Virus record (IMG/VR): IMGVR_UViG_3300027621_000003
Location: 124,001 to 188,000 of that record
Direction: 5' to 3' (one strand)
DNA length: 64,000 nucleotides
The notes under the pieces are model-generated. The model saw only the letters and a list, made by a program, of their open reading frames with translations, was not told the origin of the DNA and did not search any database. Of this stretch, positions 24,814-35,086 are shown in pieces; positions within the stretch are counted from its first letter, which is position 1, and each line of letters opens with the position of its first letter. The position numbers and the translations under genes are program-made.

Positions 24814-25779
24814 TTATAATTCATTAATATCATCAGTTGAAGAATCCGCAACGGGACTTTCTTTTTGACATATTTTATCAATATCAGCATCGGTTACACC
24901 ATTCTCATAACCATTGGCCTTTAATGCCGCTTGTGTTAACTTACCGAAATAAATATCATTTCTTCCTGTGTATGAAGTACCTAAACAATTTTGCAATTCT
25001 TTAATTCTTGTTGATTTACAACCCTCAACATATTTTCCAGTACAAAGTTTGTATGACATTGTGTTGGTAGCTGATGAACTACCACCTTTTTTACCATCTT
25101 TAGCCTCAACACCAGCCTTTTCTTGTTCTTGGGGTGTTAACATTATTTCAGTGTCTTCAATCATACCTGCAATAGGTCTTGTAAACATTTTCCATTCATC
25201 AGGACTATCAGTTAAATTGTCTAAAAATAGATATAACCCGCCAGCTATTTTCTTGTCTACAGCACATAAATCAGCAATAGTTGGTATTTTTTGTAATTCG
25301 GCAGCAATAGTATCTTCATCATCATCCCAAGTATCTTTAGAATCTTCAATTGCATATGCAATACTTCTAATATCCGATTTTGATAGTTGAGGAACTAACT
25401 TTGAAGCTCCTGCGGCACTACATGCACTCATAATTTTTTTAAAACCATCCGCTCCATTATCATAATTTGCGCTCCAATTAAGTAACACACCAAGACCTAA
25501 TCCCGCAACAGCACCAACTGCAGTACCAACAACAGGAAAAACACTACCAAGGGTTGCACCTGCGGCCGTAGCCGCAGCTATTCCACCACCAGCAGCAGTT
25601 GCCCCAAGAATAGCCCCACCTGCACCACCAACCAATGTTGTTGGGTCCGATAAATCACCCGCAGTTTGTTCAAAAATTGTTTGTTTATTCTCAGTTAGAG
25701 TTTTTTTACTATCATATTTCATTAGTAATAACGCTCTTTCTAACGCTTCTTTACCTTCTGATATAATTTGTTGTTTCAT
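24814..25779 (-). CDS. glycine-zipper protein with degenerate annexin-like segment and C-terminal PG-binding-like domain
   Basis: GxxxG TM hairpin; IKELQNCLG...FGKLTQAAL. Confidence 0.5.
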   Translation of the reverse strand: MKQQIISEGKEALERALLLMKYDSKKTLTENKQTIFEQTAGDLSDPTTLVGGAGGAILGATAAGGGIAAATAAGATLGSVFPVVGTAVGAVAGLGLGVLLNWSANYDNGADGFKKIMSACSAAGASKLVPQLSKSDIRSIAYAIEDSKDTWDDDEDTIAAELQKIPTIADLCAVDKKIAGGLYLFLDNLTDSPDEWKMFTRPIAGMIEDTEIMLTPQEQEKAGVEAKDGKKGGSSSATNTMSYKLCTGKYVEGCKSTRIKELQNCLGTSYTGRNDIYFGKLTQAALKANGYENGVTDADIDKICQKESPVADSSTDDINEL

Positions 25780-25804
25780 ATTATTTTATGTATAAATATC
25801 TTTC

Positions 25805-26044
25805 TTATAGTAAAGTATTCGCTTTACCTCTTGTTATTGTATAAGAATCTTTCCATTTTGTATTACCAAGTGGATTGGCAGAACCTCTTTTAATTCCCGT
25901 TTCCCATTTGGTAACTGCAGGATAACCTCCTCCACCACTAGTTGATGTAGATTCACCTTCTTGTTCACCCATTTCATTTTTACTTTGAGCTAGTTCGTTA
26001 AAGATGTCTGTTAATGTATCTATATCAAGTGTCTTGACTGCCAT
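25805..26044 (-). CDS. hypothetical protein
   Basis: 79 aa, repeated KW..(I)xRGxAN motif. Confidence 0.55.
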   Translation of the reverse strand: MAVKTLDIDTLTDIFNELAQSKNEMGEQEGESTSTSGGGGYPAVTKWETGIKRGSANPLGNTKWKDSYTITRGKANTLL

Positions 26045-26059
26045 GTATATAAATATCAG

Positions 26060-26368
26060 TTAAAACATTTCTGATGGTGGTACGTGGTCATTTATTAAGA
26101 AAAACTCATTCATAAATGATATTAATTCATCTTCATCTATTTCTAACGAATCATCATCATCAATTTCTACCTCACCATCTTCCCATTCGTCATCATCAAA
26201 ATCAAATAAATCAAAATTTTCCGTGATAACATTATAACCGTAATCTTCAATTTCTTGTAAGTCAAATTCCGTAATTCTAATAACTTCATCAGTATCAGTG
26301 CTCATTCTAAATCTAACTTCTAATAAAGGTTCTTTAATAACCGTTTCTACAATTTCTCTAACTTCCAT
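26060..26368 (-). CDS. hypothetical acidic protein
   Basis: Start moved to MEVRE. Confidence 0.55.
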   Translation of the reverse strand: MEVREIVETVIKEPLLEVRFRMSTDTDEVIRITEFDLQEIEDYGYNVITENFDLFDFDDDEWEDGEVEIDDDDSLEIDEDELISFMNEFFLINDHVPPSEMF

Positions 26369-26498
26369 TTGTTTATGGATAAAAAGTTTATTTAATAACA
26401 AATATCATATTATGTTGTAAAAGGATATAGTTCTTTAATAAATAAAAAAAAATCCCCCATTATTATTGGAGGATTTAATTATTAACTAATTTAATTAA

Positions 26499-27299
26499 TT
26501 ATAAAAATTTACTCATTCTTTGGAACATTTCCAAAGTAAGTTTTCTTTCTTTAGTAAAAGATTCTTGTAAATCTTTATCTACTTCTTCTTCAACATTAAA
26601 CTCACTATCATCATCACCTTCTTCTGGACCATCAGATGTAAAAGTATAAGGTGATTTAATCATTGATAAATCCATATCATTTTCGGTGTCTTGACCTAAA
26701 CCTTCATCACCTTCTCTATCAACATCACCAGCATCGTGTTGGAACGTGTCTGATGGTCCACCACCAAAGGCCATACCATCTGATAAATTACCAAACATGT
26801 CACTCAAATCATCACTTGGGTCATATCTTTCAACATCTTCCATTGAGTTATAATCATGGTGTGGGTGTTCTGAATCATAATCATCTAATGTTCCGTAAAC
26901 ATCTTCAGGACCGTGAGATTGGAATTCGTATGCTGGTTCTACATCTGAAGCAACTTCACCATCTTCAAAATCTTCTTCTAATGATTTGTTACTTGAACAT
27001 TGTTCACACATTTCTTCTTCCATTTTTCCACCACATTGTTCACACATTTCTTTATCAGTTTCAACGTATGATTTTCTTTTTTTAGATTCATTTATTCCCA
27101 TATTGGTATAGGCTTTAACTTCACCTTTGTTATTAACAACCAAACCTTCTTTGTCATTTGCAAAGTCTTGGGTATATAATGGTTGTTCATTTGCCACTGG
27201 ACTTGGGTTTAACGTTCTATAACCGTTATAAACGTGTCTATGTTTGCTGAGGATGTTTTCTTTTTCCTCAGGTGTTACTCCTACAAAAAATGCATTCAT
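26499..27299 (-). CDS. acidic hypothetical protein with two MCEQC repeats
   Basis: Start MNAFF after TATTTAT; EEKENIL..H tag. Confidence 0.6.
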   Translation of the reverse strand: MNAFFVGVTPEEKENILSKHRHVYNGYRTLNPSPVANEQPLYTQDFANDKEGLVVNNKGEVKAYTNMGINESKKRKSYVETDKEMCEQCGGKMEEEMCEQCSSNKSLEEDFEDGEVASDVEPAYEFQSHGPEDVYGTLDDYDSEHPHHDYNSMEDVERYDPSDDLSDMFGNLSDGMAFGGGPSDTFQHDAGDVDREGDEGLGQDTENDMDLSMIKSPYTFTSDGPEEGDDDSEFNVEEEVDKDLQESFTKERKLTLEMFQRMSKFL

Positions 27300-27369
27300 A
27301 TCTTTTTCTATATAAATAGTTGTGGGAATGAAAAAAAGTTGTATCTTTGTATAACAAATAACCACCACC

Positions 27370-28113
27370 ATGACAACAGAACAAAAAGTCCGCAACTATC
27401 AAGGTAACAACCAATTCTTGAACAGCCTTAAAGAGTCTTTGACTCGCTACCCATCTTTGACTCAACGTCAGTGCGAAATTGCTGACAGAGCTTTAAAAAG
27501 TATTGAGCGTAATGGTGAGTTGGTAATTTCAAATCTTTCTGAGGATTTGCAGTTGATTATGAACTACACAGGTTCTAATGAGTTCATCTTGAAGATGAAA
27601 GACAGTTACGCTAAATGGAGGGACTTGTCTGAGCGTCAAATTTCTGCGGCGGTTAAATCTATCAAAAAAGAAAAGACCCCAACTATGGAAATTCGTGTTG
27701 ATTTGAAGAACGAATCTATCCGTATCAAACGTGGTATCGCTTTGAAAATCAAAGAAGAGTATGGTTTGGAATTCATGCCAATCTTGGTTGACTTGGTTGG
27801 AACAACTCACATCAGTGCCAAGGCAGTAAGAGTTCGTGCCAAATTGACTAAAGAAAATGGTGATGTGTGTCGTTGTTGTGGAGCTGAGTTGACTGATGAG
27901 TTCTCAATCTTGACTGGTATGGGTCCAGTATGTGCTAAGAATTTGAGAGTAAAATACATCAAAGATAAAGTTGAGGTGGCTCGTTTCCACGAAGAATTGG
28001 CACTTCGTGTTGAAGAAATCGGTGAGTTTGAGTTATGGTTACCAAAATCTCAAATTAAAGAATACGTTCAAGGTGGTCGTTTCAAATTCTTGGCCGAAAA
28101 ATTCTACAACTAA
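27370..28113 (+). CDS. zinc-finger protein (DUF6011-like CxxC...GxGPVC)
   Basis: CRCCGAELTDEFS..GMGPVCA; two N-terminal LT/SxRQ repeats. Confidence 0.65.
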   Translation: MTTEQKVRNYQGNNQFLNSLKESLTRYPSLTQRQCEIADRALKSIERNGELVISNLSEDLQLIMNYTGSNEFILKMKDSYAKWRDLSERQISAAVKSIKKEKTPTMEIRVDLKNESIRIKRGIALKIKEEYGLEFMPILVDLVGTTHISAKAVRVRAKLTKENGDVCRCCGAELTDEFSILTGMGPVCAKNLRVKYIKDKVEVARFHEELALRVEEIGEFELWLPKSQIKEYVQGGRFKFLAEKFYN

Positions 28114-28251
28114 TTGACTATGTAGAATAAATAAGTTAAGTTTTCAATAAGGGTTTCCCACACAGATAATTTAGAGTAGTCGTAGTATCTTGGTAATTTA
28201 TTCTGAAAGCCCTGAACTCTGTGTGGAACCTTTTTATTTGAACTTAACTAA

Positions 28252-28551
28252 ATGGAAACAAGAGAAATATTAGAGATTGACGAATATTGTGAAGGTTCAG
28301 TTCTTTTAAATGGGTATGAAAATGCCATTATCGGTGTTGTTGACTCATTTGAAGGTCGTAGAATATTGTACTCAAAACAACAAATAATTGATAGTTTGTG
28401 TAAGGACGAAATGACTTGGTTAGAAGCCGAAGAATATTTTGACTACAATATCAAAGGTGGGCATTTTGGTGAGTTGTCACCTGTTTTTTTGGAAACTACG
28501 GTAATACCAATTAAAACACACGGGGAATACAGATACGAAATTATTTCTTAA
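28252..28551 (+). CDS. hypothetical phage protein
   Basis: G..AIIG...YS...EA.EYFDYNI.G motif. Confidence 0.6.
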   Translation: METREILEIDEYCEGSVLLNGYENAIIGVVDSFEGRRILYSKQQIIDSLCKDEMTWLEAEEYFDYNIKGGHFGELSPVFLETTVIPIKTHGEYRYEIIS

Positions 28552-29167
28552 AGTAAGTTGAGTATAAACTTGTGTACATTTCCATAACCGCTCTACAAAC
28601 TTTTTGGAAAACACTATTGATTGTAGTATCGTTAAACTCCATATTTTTTTCTTCCATAATTCTAATTGTTTCAGAAACTAAAATTTGTCTTACATCATCA
28701 ACATTTTCAAATAATTCAGGATAATCATCGGGTTCACCATCAAACTTATAAATCAATTTATGTAAATTGTGTGAGTCTGTCATTAAAAATGGCATTGCCT
28801 GAATCATATTAACCAATCCTGATTTTTGCACAAGTTTTAGATAATCAAGAACTGGTCTATAATCCATATTCTTGATAATGTCTTTATGTTTTGATAACGT
28901 TTTTAATTCATTACCAAATTCTTCAGTTGTTAAATTTTTCTTTGATTTAACATCTGTTGCTAACACCCAACTATCTGTATCAGGTAATAAATCTAATGTA
29001 GAACCATCATCCCATTTAACATTATATTGGTATCCCATATCAAACGGAACTCTAACAATTTTAAGTACGGTACCTTTTGTACCCATACGAACAGCACTAT
29101 ATGGGTCATCCATATGAAGTAAAACTATTCTATCACCAGGCTCTAATTTTGGATTTAATTGCGACAT
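28541..29167 (-). CDS. DUF4314-like domain protein
   Basis: GDRIVLLHMDDPY...GTKGTV...VKWDDGSTL. Confidence 0.6.
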   Translation of the reverse strand: MSQLNPKLEPGDRIVLLHMDDPYSAVRMGTKGTVLKIVRVPFDMGYQYNVKWDDGSTLDLLPDTDSWVLATDVKSKKNLTTEEFGNELKTLSKHKDIIKNMDYRPVLDYLKLVQKSGLVNMIQAMPFLMTDSHNLHKLIYKFDGEPDDYPELFENVDDVRQILVSETIRIMEEKNMEFNDTTINSVFQKVCRAVMEMYTSLYSTYFKK

Positions 29168-29203
29168 ATTATACAGAATAAATATATCAAAGTATTTATT
29201 AGT

Positions 29204-29818
29204 ATGGATGTTTTAATTACAGAAAGTCAAAGAACATTAATTTTGACCGAAAGTTTAAATGATACTTTAAAAACTATACATGAACATGGTATAGATTTTT
29301 CAGCTAGTTTATATAAAAGAGTTAAAAAAAGATTAGGTTTTAATTTTAAAATATTATTAACCTTTGGTGCCGCTGTTGGTGGATTGGTAGAACCTTTGGA
29401 AAAATTTTTACAAGGAAAATATCCTGAAATGACAGAACAACAAACGCTTGTGGTGATTGTGGCTACTGTTTGTGTCTTGTTTAATGAAGGAAAAAACATT
29501 TTAAAGGAACTTTTACCTAAAATTAAAGAAGAGGGTTTAGAAGACATATTTAGAACTTCTATTGTTAAATCAAGAAAACTTGTAACAGCCTTTAAAGGAT
29601 TTTTAGCTACCTTAGGAAACTCCGCTGCGTTTTTAACCGATGTTATTGGTTATATTTACATGATACCGTTAATTGGGTATCTAACCATGGCAATTCAAGG
29701 ACATGATATGTCATCAGATGATGTTTCAAGATTGGTAGAAAGAATTGCGGCAATTGGCGTATTTCACATAGCATCTTCAGTTCTTGAAGAAATTGTGAAT
29801 AGAATTATTAAAAAATAA
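29204..29818 (+). CDS. hypothetical membrane-associated protein (MDVLITESQ tag)
   Basis: Start after TATTTAT; hydrophobic helices. Confidence 0.55.
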   Translation: MDVLITESQRTLILTESLNDTLKTIHEHGIDFSASLYKRVKKRLGFNFKILLTFGAAVGGLVEPLEKFLQGKYPEMTEQQTLVVIVATVCVLFNEGKNILKELLPKIKEEGLEDIFRTSIVKSRKLVTAFKGFLATLGNSAAFLTDVIGYIYMIPLIGYLTMAIQGHDMSSDDVSRLVERIAAIGVFHIASSVLEEIVNRIIKK

Positions 29819-30790
29819 TTATTTAATATATTCGTCCATTAGACGAGCAACAATTTTATCAATTGTTGATTGTTTTAAATTATACACTTCTTTTCTTCTA
29901 TTGAAAAATTCCCTCATTACATCTTCAATATTTCTACCTTGTATTTTGGCTTTTCTTTTGAATCCCGCAACCTGAGCTTCAATTTCATGTTGTTGTGTAT
30001 AATACCTTAAAGGTTGTTTGTATTCCTTATCAGGAAATTCATATCCCGAATATTCTTGTTTTCTGTGTTCCAATTCATGTCTTATGTCATCATTTAGTTC
30101 ACCAATCAATTCATAAAAAATTTCATTACCAGCCTTTTCATCAATATCAACCTCAACTTCAATTTTATCTTCACCTTCAACCCAAAAAGCCTGAACATCA
30201 AATGGTTTTAATAATTCATGTCTATGTTTTTTTGGTGTTGGATTCATTTTCAATACCAATTCAAAAGGTGGGTGTTGACCAAGATTGTACTCAGGAAATG
30301 TGATTTCTCTTTTACCTCTTAAATTCTTTTTTATTTCAAAAACCATATCTCTTACAACATCACGAACAGTTTTTCTATACCCTGAATCTTCAGTAATTGT
30401 TTCTTCTTCACCAACAAGTACAGGTTTTATAGATGTCACAATAACATCCAATTCAGATACTAATTTTAAGGCTTTTGTTATTTTATCTGCAGTACCATTT
30501 TTAATTGGGTAAAAACGTAATAGATTTTCACTATCCCCCCAAATTTCTTTGTATTCACCAGAAACAAGTTTACCAAGTATAGTTTTTGGGTCAACATGTA
30601 AAGTAACCTCAACAAGGGCGTGGTCTTTCCACTCACCCACAGAAATCATCGGTTTGATTTTGTCAATTTGAAAAGTAAAATCGTAACAATCTTGGTCGGC
30701 ATTCTCATCATACCTCAAAAAATTACCACACCAAGTTAATTTTTTGGTTTTGAAAATCTTATTAATCTGTTCTATGGTTGAATTGTCCAT
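29819..30790 (-). CDS. hypothetical protein with HELEH zincin-like motif
   Basis: RHELEH..Q...Y....EIEA. Confidence 0.55.
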   Translation of the reverse strand: MDNSTIEQINKIFKTKKLTWCGNFLRYDENADQDCYDFTFQIDKIKPMISVGEWKDHALVEVTLHVDPKTILGKLVSGEYKEIWGDSENLLRFYPIKNGTADKITKALKLVSELDVIVTSIKPVLVGEEETITEDSGYRKTVRDVVRDMVFEIKKNLRGKREITFPEYNLGQHPPFELVLKMNPTPKKHRHELLKPFDVQAFWVEGEDKIEVEVDIDEKAGNEIFYELIGELNDDIRHELEHRKQEYSGYEFPDKEYKQPLRYYTQQHEIEAQVAGFKRKAKIQGRNIEDVMREFFNRRKEVYNLKQSTIDKIVARLMDEYIK

Positions 30791-30802
30791 TGAATATAAA
30801 TA

Positions 30803-31279
30803 TCATAACCTAAAGTTATTTCTGTATTGGATTGGGAATGATATACCGAAACCAAAACGAGTTGTGGTTGATTTGTAGAATGATAATACAATATCAAACG
30901 AATACGGGTCTTGACTAATCAAACGAATTGGGTGTAACGATACACCAAATTCAGGACGCAAATCAAAATTATTTATACCTTTTGGTGTTATTTTAATACC
31001 ACCACTTAATCTAATTCCATCTTTCATATACCCCTTAGAAATACCCAACCGATTGATTGCGTTGAATGGTGTGTAAAAAATACTACCACTGAATAAACCA
31101 CCATACTTAACACCCAAGTAAATTCCAAAGTCTTTTTTATCCAACCCGTTAAACCCAGTGATTAAAGATGTGTCACCCTGAACCAAGATAAAATCACACG
31201 TCCTACCATTATTGTAGTTCGTCTGTGCCTTGGCAGATATTGTCATCAAAATAAAAATTAAAATTATTAAGCGTTTCAT
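30803..31279 (-). CDS. exported beta-rich protein
   Basis: Signal peptide MKRLIILIFILMTISAKAQ. Confidence 0.55.
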   Translation of the reverse strand: MKRLIILIFILMTISAKAQTNYNNGRTCDFILVQGDTSLITGFNGLDKKDFGIYLGVKYGGLFSGSIFYTPFNAINRLGISKGYMKDGIRLSGGIKITPKGINNFDLRPEFGVSLHPIRLISQDPYSFDIVLSFYKSTTTRFGFGISFPIQYRNNFRL

Positions 31280-31335
31280 AAGACAAAGATACATAATCAA
31301 TTTGATTTCCACAAATAAATTTATATATTTTTATT

Positions 31336-31761
31336 ATGGAATTATTGAACACTCACCCAATCAAAAAATCAGATTTAGGTTTTCACGGAAATTTATTTGG
31401 GGGTAAAATACTTGCTTGGGTTGATTCAGCGGCATCAGCATTATCAATGCAACTTTGTGATTCACCAAGATTGGTTACAATTGCATTAGATGAATGTAGA
31501 TTTATTAAACCCGGTAAAGAAGGTCAACTATTAAAAATATATGGTAAACCCCTTAAGGTTGGGAACACATCAATCACACTTTATTTTGAGGCCAGGGCAC
31601 ATAGTGTTTATACAGGAAAACAAACCGTCATCTTACATACACAAATCACCTTTGTGAGAATTGATGATGAGGGAAACCCAATTCCAATTAGTGACAGAGC
31701 GAAAAATAGGATTAATCAAATTATTGATGGTAGTCTTGATATTTTAGACAAAACTATATAA
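31336..31761 (+). CDS. acyl-CoA thioesterase (hotdog fold, YciA-like)
   Basis: DLGFHGNLFGGKILAWVD, VGNTS and FVRID..GNP motifs. Confidence 0.85.
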   Translation: MELLNTHPIKKSDLGFHGNLFGGKILAWVDSAASALSMQLCDSPRLVTIALDECRFIKPGKEGQLLKIYGKPLKVGNTSITLYFEARAHSVYTGKQTVILHTQITFVRIDDEGNPIPISDRAKNRINQIIDGSLDILDKTI

Positions 31762-31782
31762 ATTTGTATTTATTATCACTAC

Positions 31783-31869
31783 GGAGGTTTGGCAGAGCGG
31801 TCGATTGCGTCAGTCTTGAAAACTGAAGATGTTGAAAGGCATCCTGGGGTTCGAATCCCTAAGCCTCCG
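31783..31869 (+). tRNA. tRNA-Ser (UGA)
   Basis: TCAGT-CTTGAAA-ACTGA, long variable arm. Confidence 0.9.
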
Positions 31870-31904
31870 CAAAATCTTGGGACACCAACCCAAGATTTTT
31901 TTTT

Positions 31905-31989
31905 GGAAGATTGGCAGAGTGGTAATGCAGCGGTTTGCTAAACCGTACATCCTTAAAAGGATGCGTGGGTTCGAGTCCCTCATCTTCCG
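31905..31989 (+). tRNA. tRNA-Ser (GCU)
   Basis: GCGGT-TTGCTAA-ACCGT, long variable arm. Confidence 0.9.
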
Positions 31990-32057
31990 CAAAAAAAGAA
32001 CCTATTTATTTGACTCGGTTTTTTTTATTTACTATCTTTGTATCAAATAATTTAATC

Positions 32058-33005
32058 ATGACAAAATTAAAAAAGTTTAAAGAAACCGTACCACCTTGGA
32101 TGAACCTATCACTTATTGATGTGTTAGAAATGATTGACCCATCAAATACTAATAAATTTTTACCTATGTTGACAAACATTGTTGATTCATCATTCAAAAA
32201 TAAAGTTGGTGATTGGAAAGAAGACACTATAGATTATATTCGTAGAATTGAAGATATTGCACCACACTTAAAAGGTACTTTTGATATTTTAGACCCATCA
32301 TTTGTTTTTAGTTTTTGGAGTGGGTTACAACATATTCCCAACAATGAATTAGATTCTTTAGTAGACTTTATTGAAATGTATGAAAAACATCAAATTACTG
32401 GTGTAGATATTAATCAAATAAAGACTTTGACTGAAATTGAAAGTGTCATCAATTTAATTAACATAAAAAACATAGGAAAAGAGTTTTCTAAACAAACATA
32501 TGTTGATTTAGATACTGAAAAATGGTTGGTTATTAGACCGTTAACCTACGAAGCATCATTAAAATATGGAGCACATACTAAATGGTGTACCGCAGCAAAA
32601 CATAACCCATATCAATTTTTTAGATATACTGAAGAGGGTGTTTTAGTTTATTGTATAAATAAAGATACTGGATATAAATTAGCGTTTCATATGTTTAGAA
32701 ATGGTAACAAATTTTATGACATTTCATTTTGGAACTCCGTTGATGAAAGAATAGATTCTTTATCAGCTGAAATTGATTTTGATGTTTATCAGTTAATTAA
32801 AAATATCTATACATCTTCAGAAACTAAAACCAATAAAGAACTTGGTGGTGAGTATTGGGTACAATCTCATGATTTACACATGAAAGAAGATGAATTATCA
32901 CCAATACCTCTTGGAGATGGTGAACCAATTAGAACTGTTAACAGACGTGTTAGAAATGAAGTTTCAATAATAATTAATGAACCCATGGAACAACAAATTG
33001 ATTAG
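32058..33005 (+). CDS. ASxxYGxxTxWCT-domain protein, paralog 3
   Basis: YEASLKYGAHTKWCTA; start moved past tRNA-Ser to the ATG after TATCTTTG. Confidence 0.6.
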   Translation: MTKLKKFKETVPPWMNLSLIDVLEMIDPSNTNKFLPMLTNIVDSSFKNKVGDWKEDTIDYIRRIEDIAPHLKGTFDILDPSFVFSFWSGLQHIPNNELDSLVDFIEMYEKHQITGVDINQIKTLTEIESVINLINIKNIGKEFSKQTYVDLDTEKWLVIRPLTYEASLKYGAHTKWCTAAKHNPYQFFRYTEEGVLVYCINKDTGYKLAFHMFRNGNKFYDISFWNSVDERIDSLSAEIDFDVYQLIKNIYTSSETKTNKELGGEYWVQSHDLHMKEDELSPIPLGDGEPIRTVNRRVRNEVSIIINEPMEQQID

Positions 33006-33012
33006 AGTGGGC

Positions 33013-33732
33013 CTATAGATTATGATGGTGGATGATGGTCCACTTTCCATCATAATCTTCAACCAAGGCTGTACAACTTTCACACCAATCACCTGAGTTC
33101 ATATATTTTTCACTCAACTCAACTTTGTGAATGTGTCCACAAACAGCCACATCACAATTTTTTTGTTTGGACAAAAGTACTGCGTTTTTTTCAAAATCAC
33201 CAACAAAATTAACCGCCGCTTTAACACCTTGTTTAATATCATTAGATATTGAATAATATGGTAGTTTTCTGAGTTCTCTGTATTTGTTATAAACTCTATT
33301 TAACCACAAAGCAAAATCATATCCAATAGAACCTATTTTTGCAATTAGTTTGAATTTTGATGAGAATACATCTAAAACATCTCCATGAAAAATATAATAT
33401 AATCTCTTATCAATACCTTTATACATCAAATCTTTTTTTATTGTAATATTACCTAATGTTAGTCCCATGTAGTTTTCTAAAAAATCATCGTGGTTACCTT
33501 TAACCCAAACCACATTAGTTCCTTTTTCAGCCATCTTAAGTATTTTTCTAATGACTTTAGTATGTGAATCTTTCCATTTTGAACCACGTTTCATTGCCCA
33601 CCCATCAATAATATCACCATTAAGAAATAAATTATGACACTCAATTGTTTCCAAAAAATTAATAATATCTTTTGACCTTGAAGCTTTTGAACCTAAATGT
33701 AAATCTGAAATTATAACCGTTCTATAACTCAT
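33013..33732 (-). CDS. UDP-2,3-diacylglucosamine hydrolase-like metallophosphoesterase
   Basis: SDLHLG, GDIIDGW, GNHD, HGD, CGHIH and NSGDW motifs. Confidence 0.85.
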   Translation of the reverse strand: MSYRTVIISDLHLGSKASRSKDIINFLETIECHNLFLNGDIIDGWAMKRGSKWKDSHTKVIRKILKMAEKGTNVVWVKGNHDDFLENYMGLTLGNITIKKDLMYKGIDKRLYYIFHGDVLDVFSSKFKLIAKIGSIGYDFALWLNRVYNKYRELRKLPYYSISNDIKQGVKAAVNFVGDFEKNAVLLSKQKNCDVAVCGHIHKVELSEKYMNSGDWCESCTALVEDYDGKWTIIHHHNL

Positions 33733-34436
33733 GACCAATACGAATGTGTTTTTTCAAAAAAACTTTGGTTATTTCTATTAAGAAAAGAAAGGAACATTAA
33801 TTTAGCCATGTACCAAACACCTTTAGATTTTAATCTTCTTGATGATGTGTGTATTATATTTTTTGATAAAATAAAATCTTTTGAGTTAACTTTTTTACTT
33901 AAGTTATAATCTTCAGCAAATTTATCATTTGGATTAAATCCACCAAGTTTAAAATAACTTTCAGTATTAAACAACATAATTCCACCCAATGCAAATGGTC
34001 CTGTTATTCTGTGAAATTTTTGTATTAAATCAAAAAACTTAAAAAAGTTGTTATATTTGTTATCTGCGGTTCTAACTTTACAAGTAAGTAATGAACCTTT
34101 TTTAGTAATAATTTCATTTAATATTTTTTCTAAAAAATCTGTATCTTTAATTTCCATGTCTGAATCCAAAAACAAAGTGTATGGTGTTTCAGACATTAAA
34201 CCACCTTGATGTCTACCATAAGCTGGATATCCACCGCCAATTATTAAAATTTGAATGTTTTTATTTCTTTCAGAATTTATATGATGAACTGTTACCATAT
34301 CATCACTAATGTCAGCAACAATCACCAATAAATCTTTAGAATTTTTTTGTTTGTTAAGAGAATTTAAAATGTTTCGGACATTCTCTTTTTCATTTTTACA
34401 CGGTATAACTACCGTTAATATATCTTGTAATTCCAT
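33729..34436 (-). CDS. family 2 glycosyltransferase
   Basis: VVIPCKNE, FLDSD, GGF...AED and TSSRR motifs. Confidence 0.85.
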   Translation of the reverse strand: MELQDILTVVIPCKNEKENVRNILNSLNKQKNSKDLLVIVADISDDMVTVHHINSERNKNIQILIIGGGYPAYGRHQGGLMSETPYTLFLDSDMEIKDTDFLEKILNEIITKKGSLLTCKVRTADNKYNNFFKFFDLIQKFHRITGPFALGGIMLFNTESYFKLGGFNPNDKFAEDYNLSKKVNSKDFILSKNIIHTSSRRLKSKGVWYMAKLMFLSFLNRNNQSFFEKTHSYWS

Positions 34437-34498
34437 ACATCTATAAATAGAAAATGGAATGTTTGAGAATATTATATTAATATTAAATTACTATAGAA

Positions 34499-35086
34499 TT
34501 AAGATTTAATACCCAACTTTTTTCTATACTTTGATATATTACACGCCCAATATACAGCTTTGGTTTTGTCATGTTTTGTGTCACATTTGTGACGTACTCT
34601 AAAATTTTTCTTTGTTTCGGGCTTGTTATTTGGGTCACCAAATTTAACCATTTTAATATCACCACTTGGTTCTTTTACATACACAGCAAATTTCTTTAAT
34701 TTACCTGAAGTTTTAAATGGCGAATTTAATTTAACATTTTTTCCGTTATATTCAGCCTCATTAATAGATTCATCATCCTCTTCTATTAAAAATGGAATAT
34801 CTAACCAAACTTCATCACCTTCAAACATTGCTGTTTTTCCAATATCAGTTTTTAATAACCACTCATCATCTTCACAAAGTTGGACTAACCCATTTTTCCA
34901 AAGACCACGTGTTTCATTTATTAACGAAAAAAACTCATCTGAAAATGGTATAAAAACATTTTCAACTAAAGGCAAATCATATTCTTTGTGATATTTTAAT
35001 CCTTCTGAGATTTCAACACCTTCTTTTATTAGAATACCTTTTTTTGGTAAGTTTTCTTTTAATATATAACGAATAAAATTTTTCAT
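34499..35086 (-). CDS. hypothetical phage protein (ILKE tag)
   Basis: KKFAVYVK...KFGDP...RHKCD...YWAC. Confidence 0.6.
   Translation of the reverse strand: MKNFIRYILKENLPKKGILIKEGVEISEGLKYHKEYDLPLVENVFIPFSDEFFSLINETRGLWKNGLVQLCEDDEWLLKTDIGKTAMFEGDEVWLDIPFLIEEDDESINEAEYNGKNVKLNSPFKTSGKLKKFAVYVKEPSGDIKMVKFGDPNNKPETKKNFRVRHKCDTKHDKTKAVYWACNISKYRKKLGIKS

Noticed and set aside
31810-32057. ORFs over the two tRNA-Ser genes and the extension of 31935..33005
   Set aside because: They overlap tRNA genes; the real start is likely 32058.
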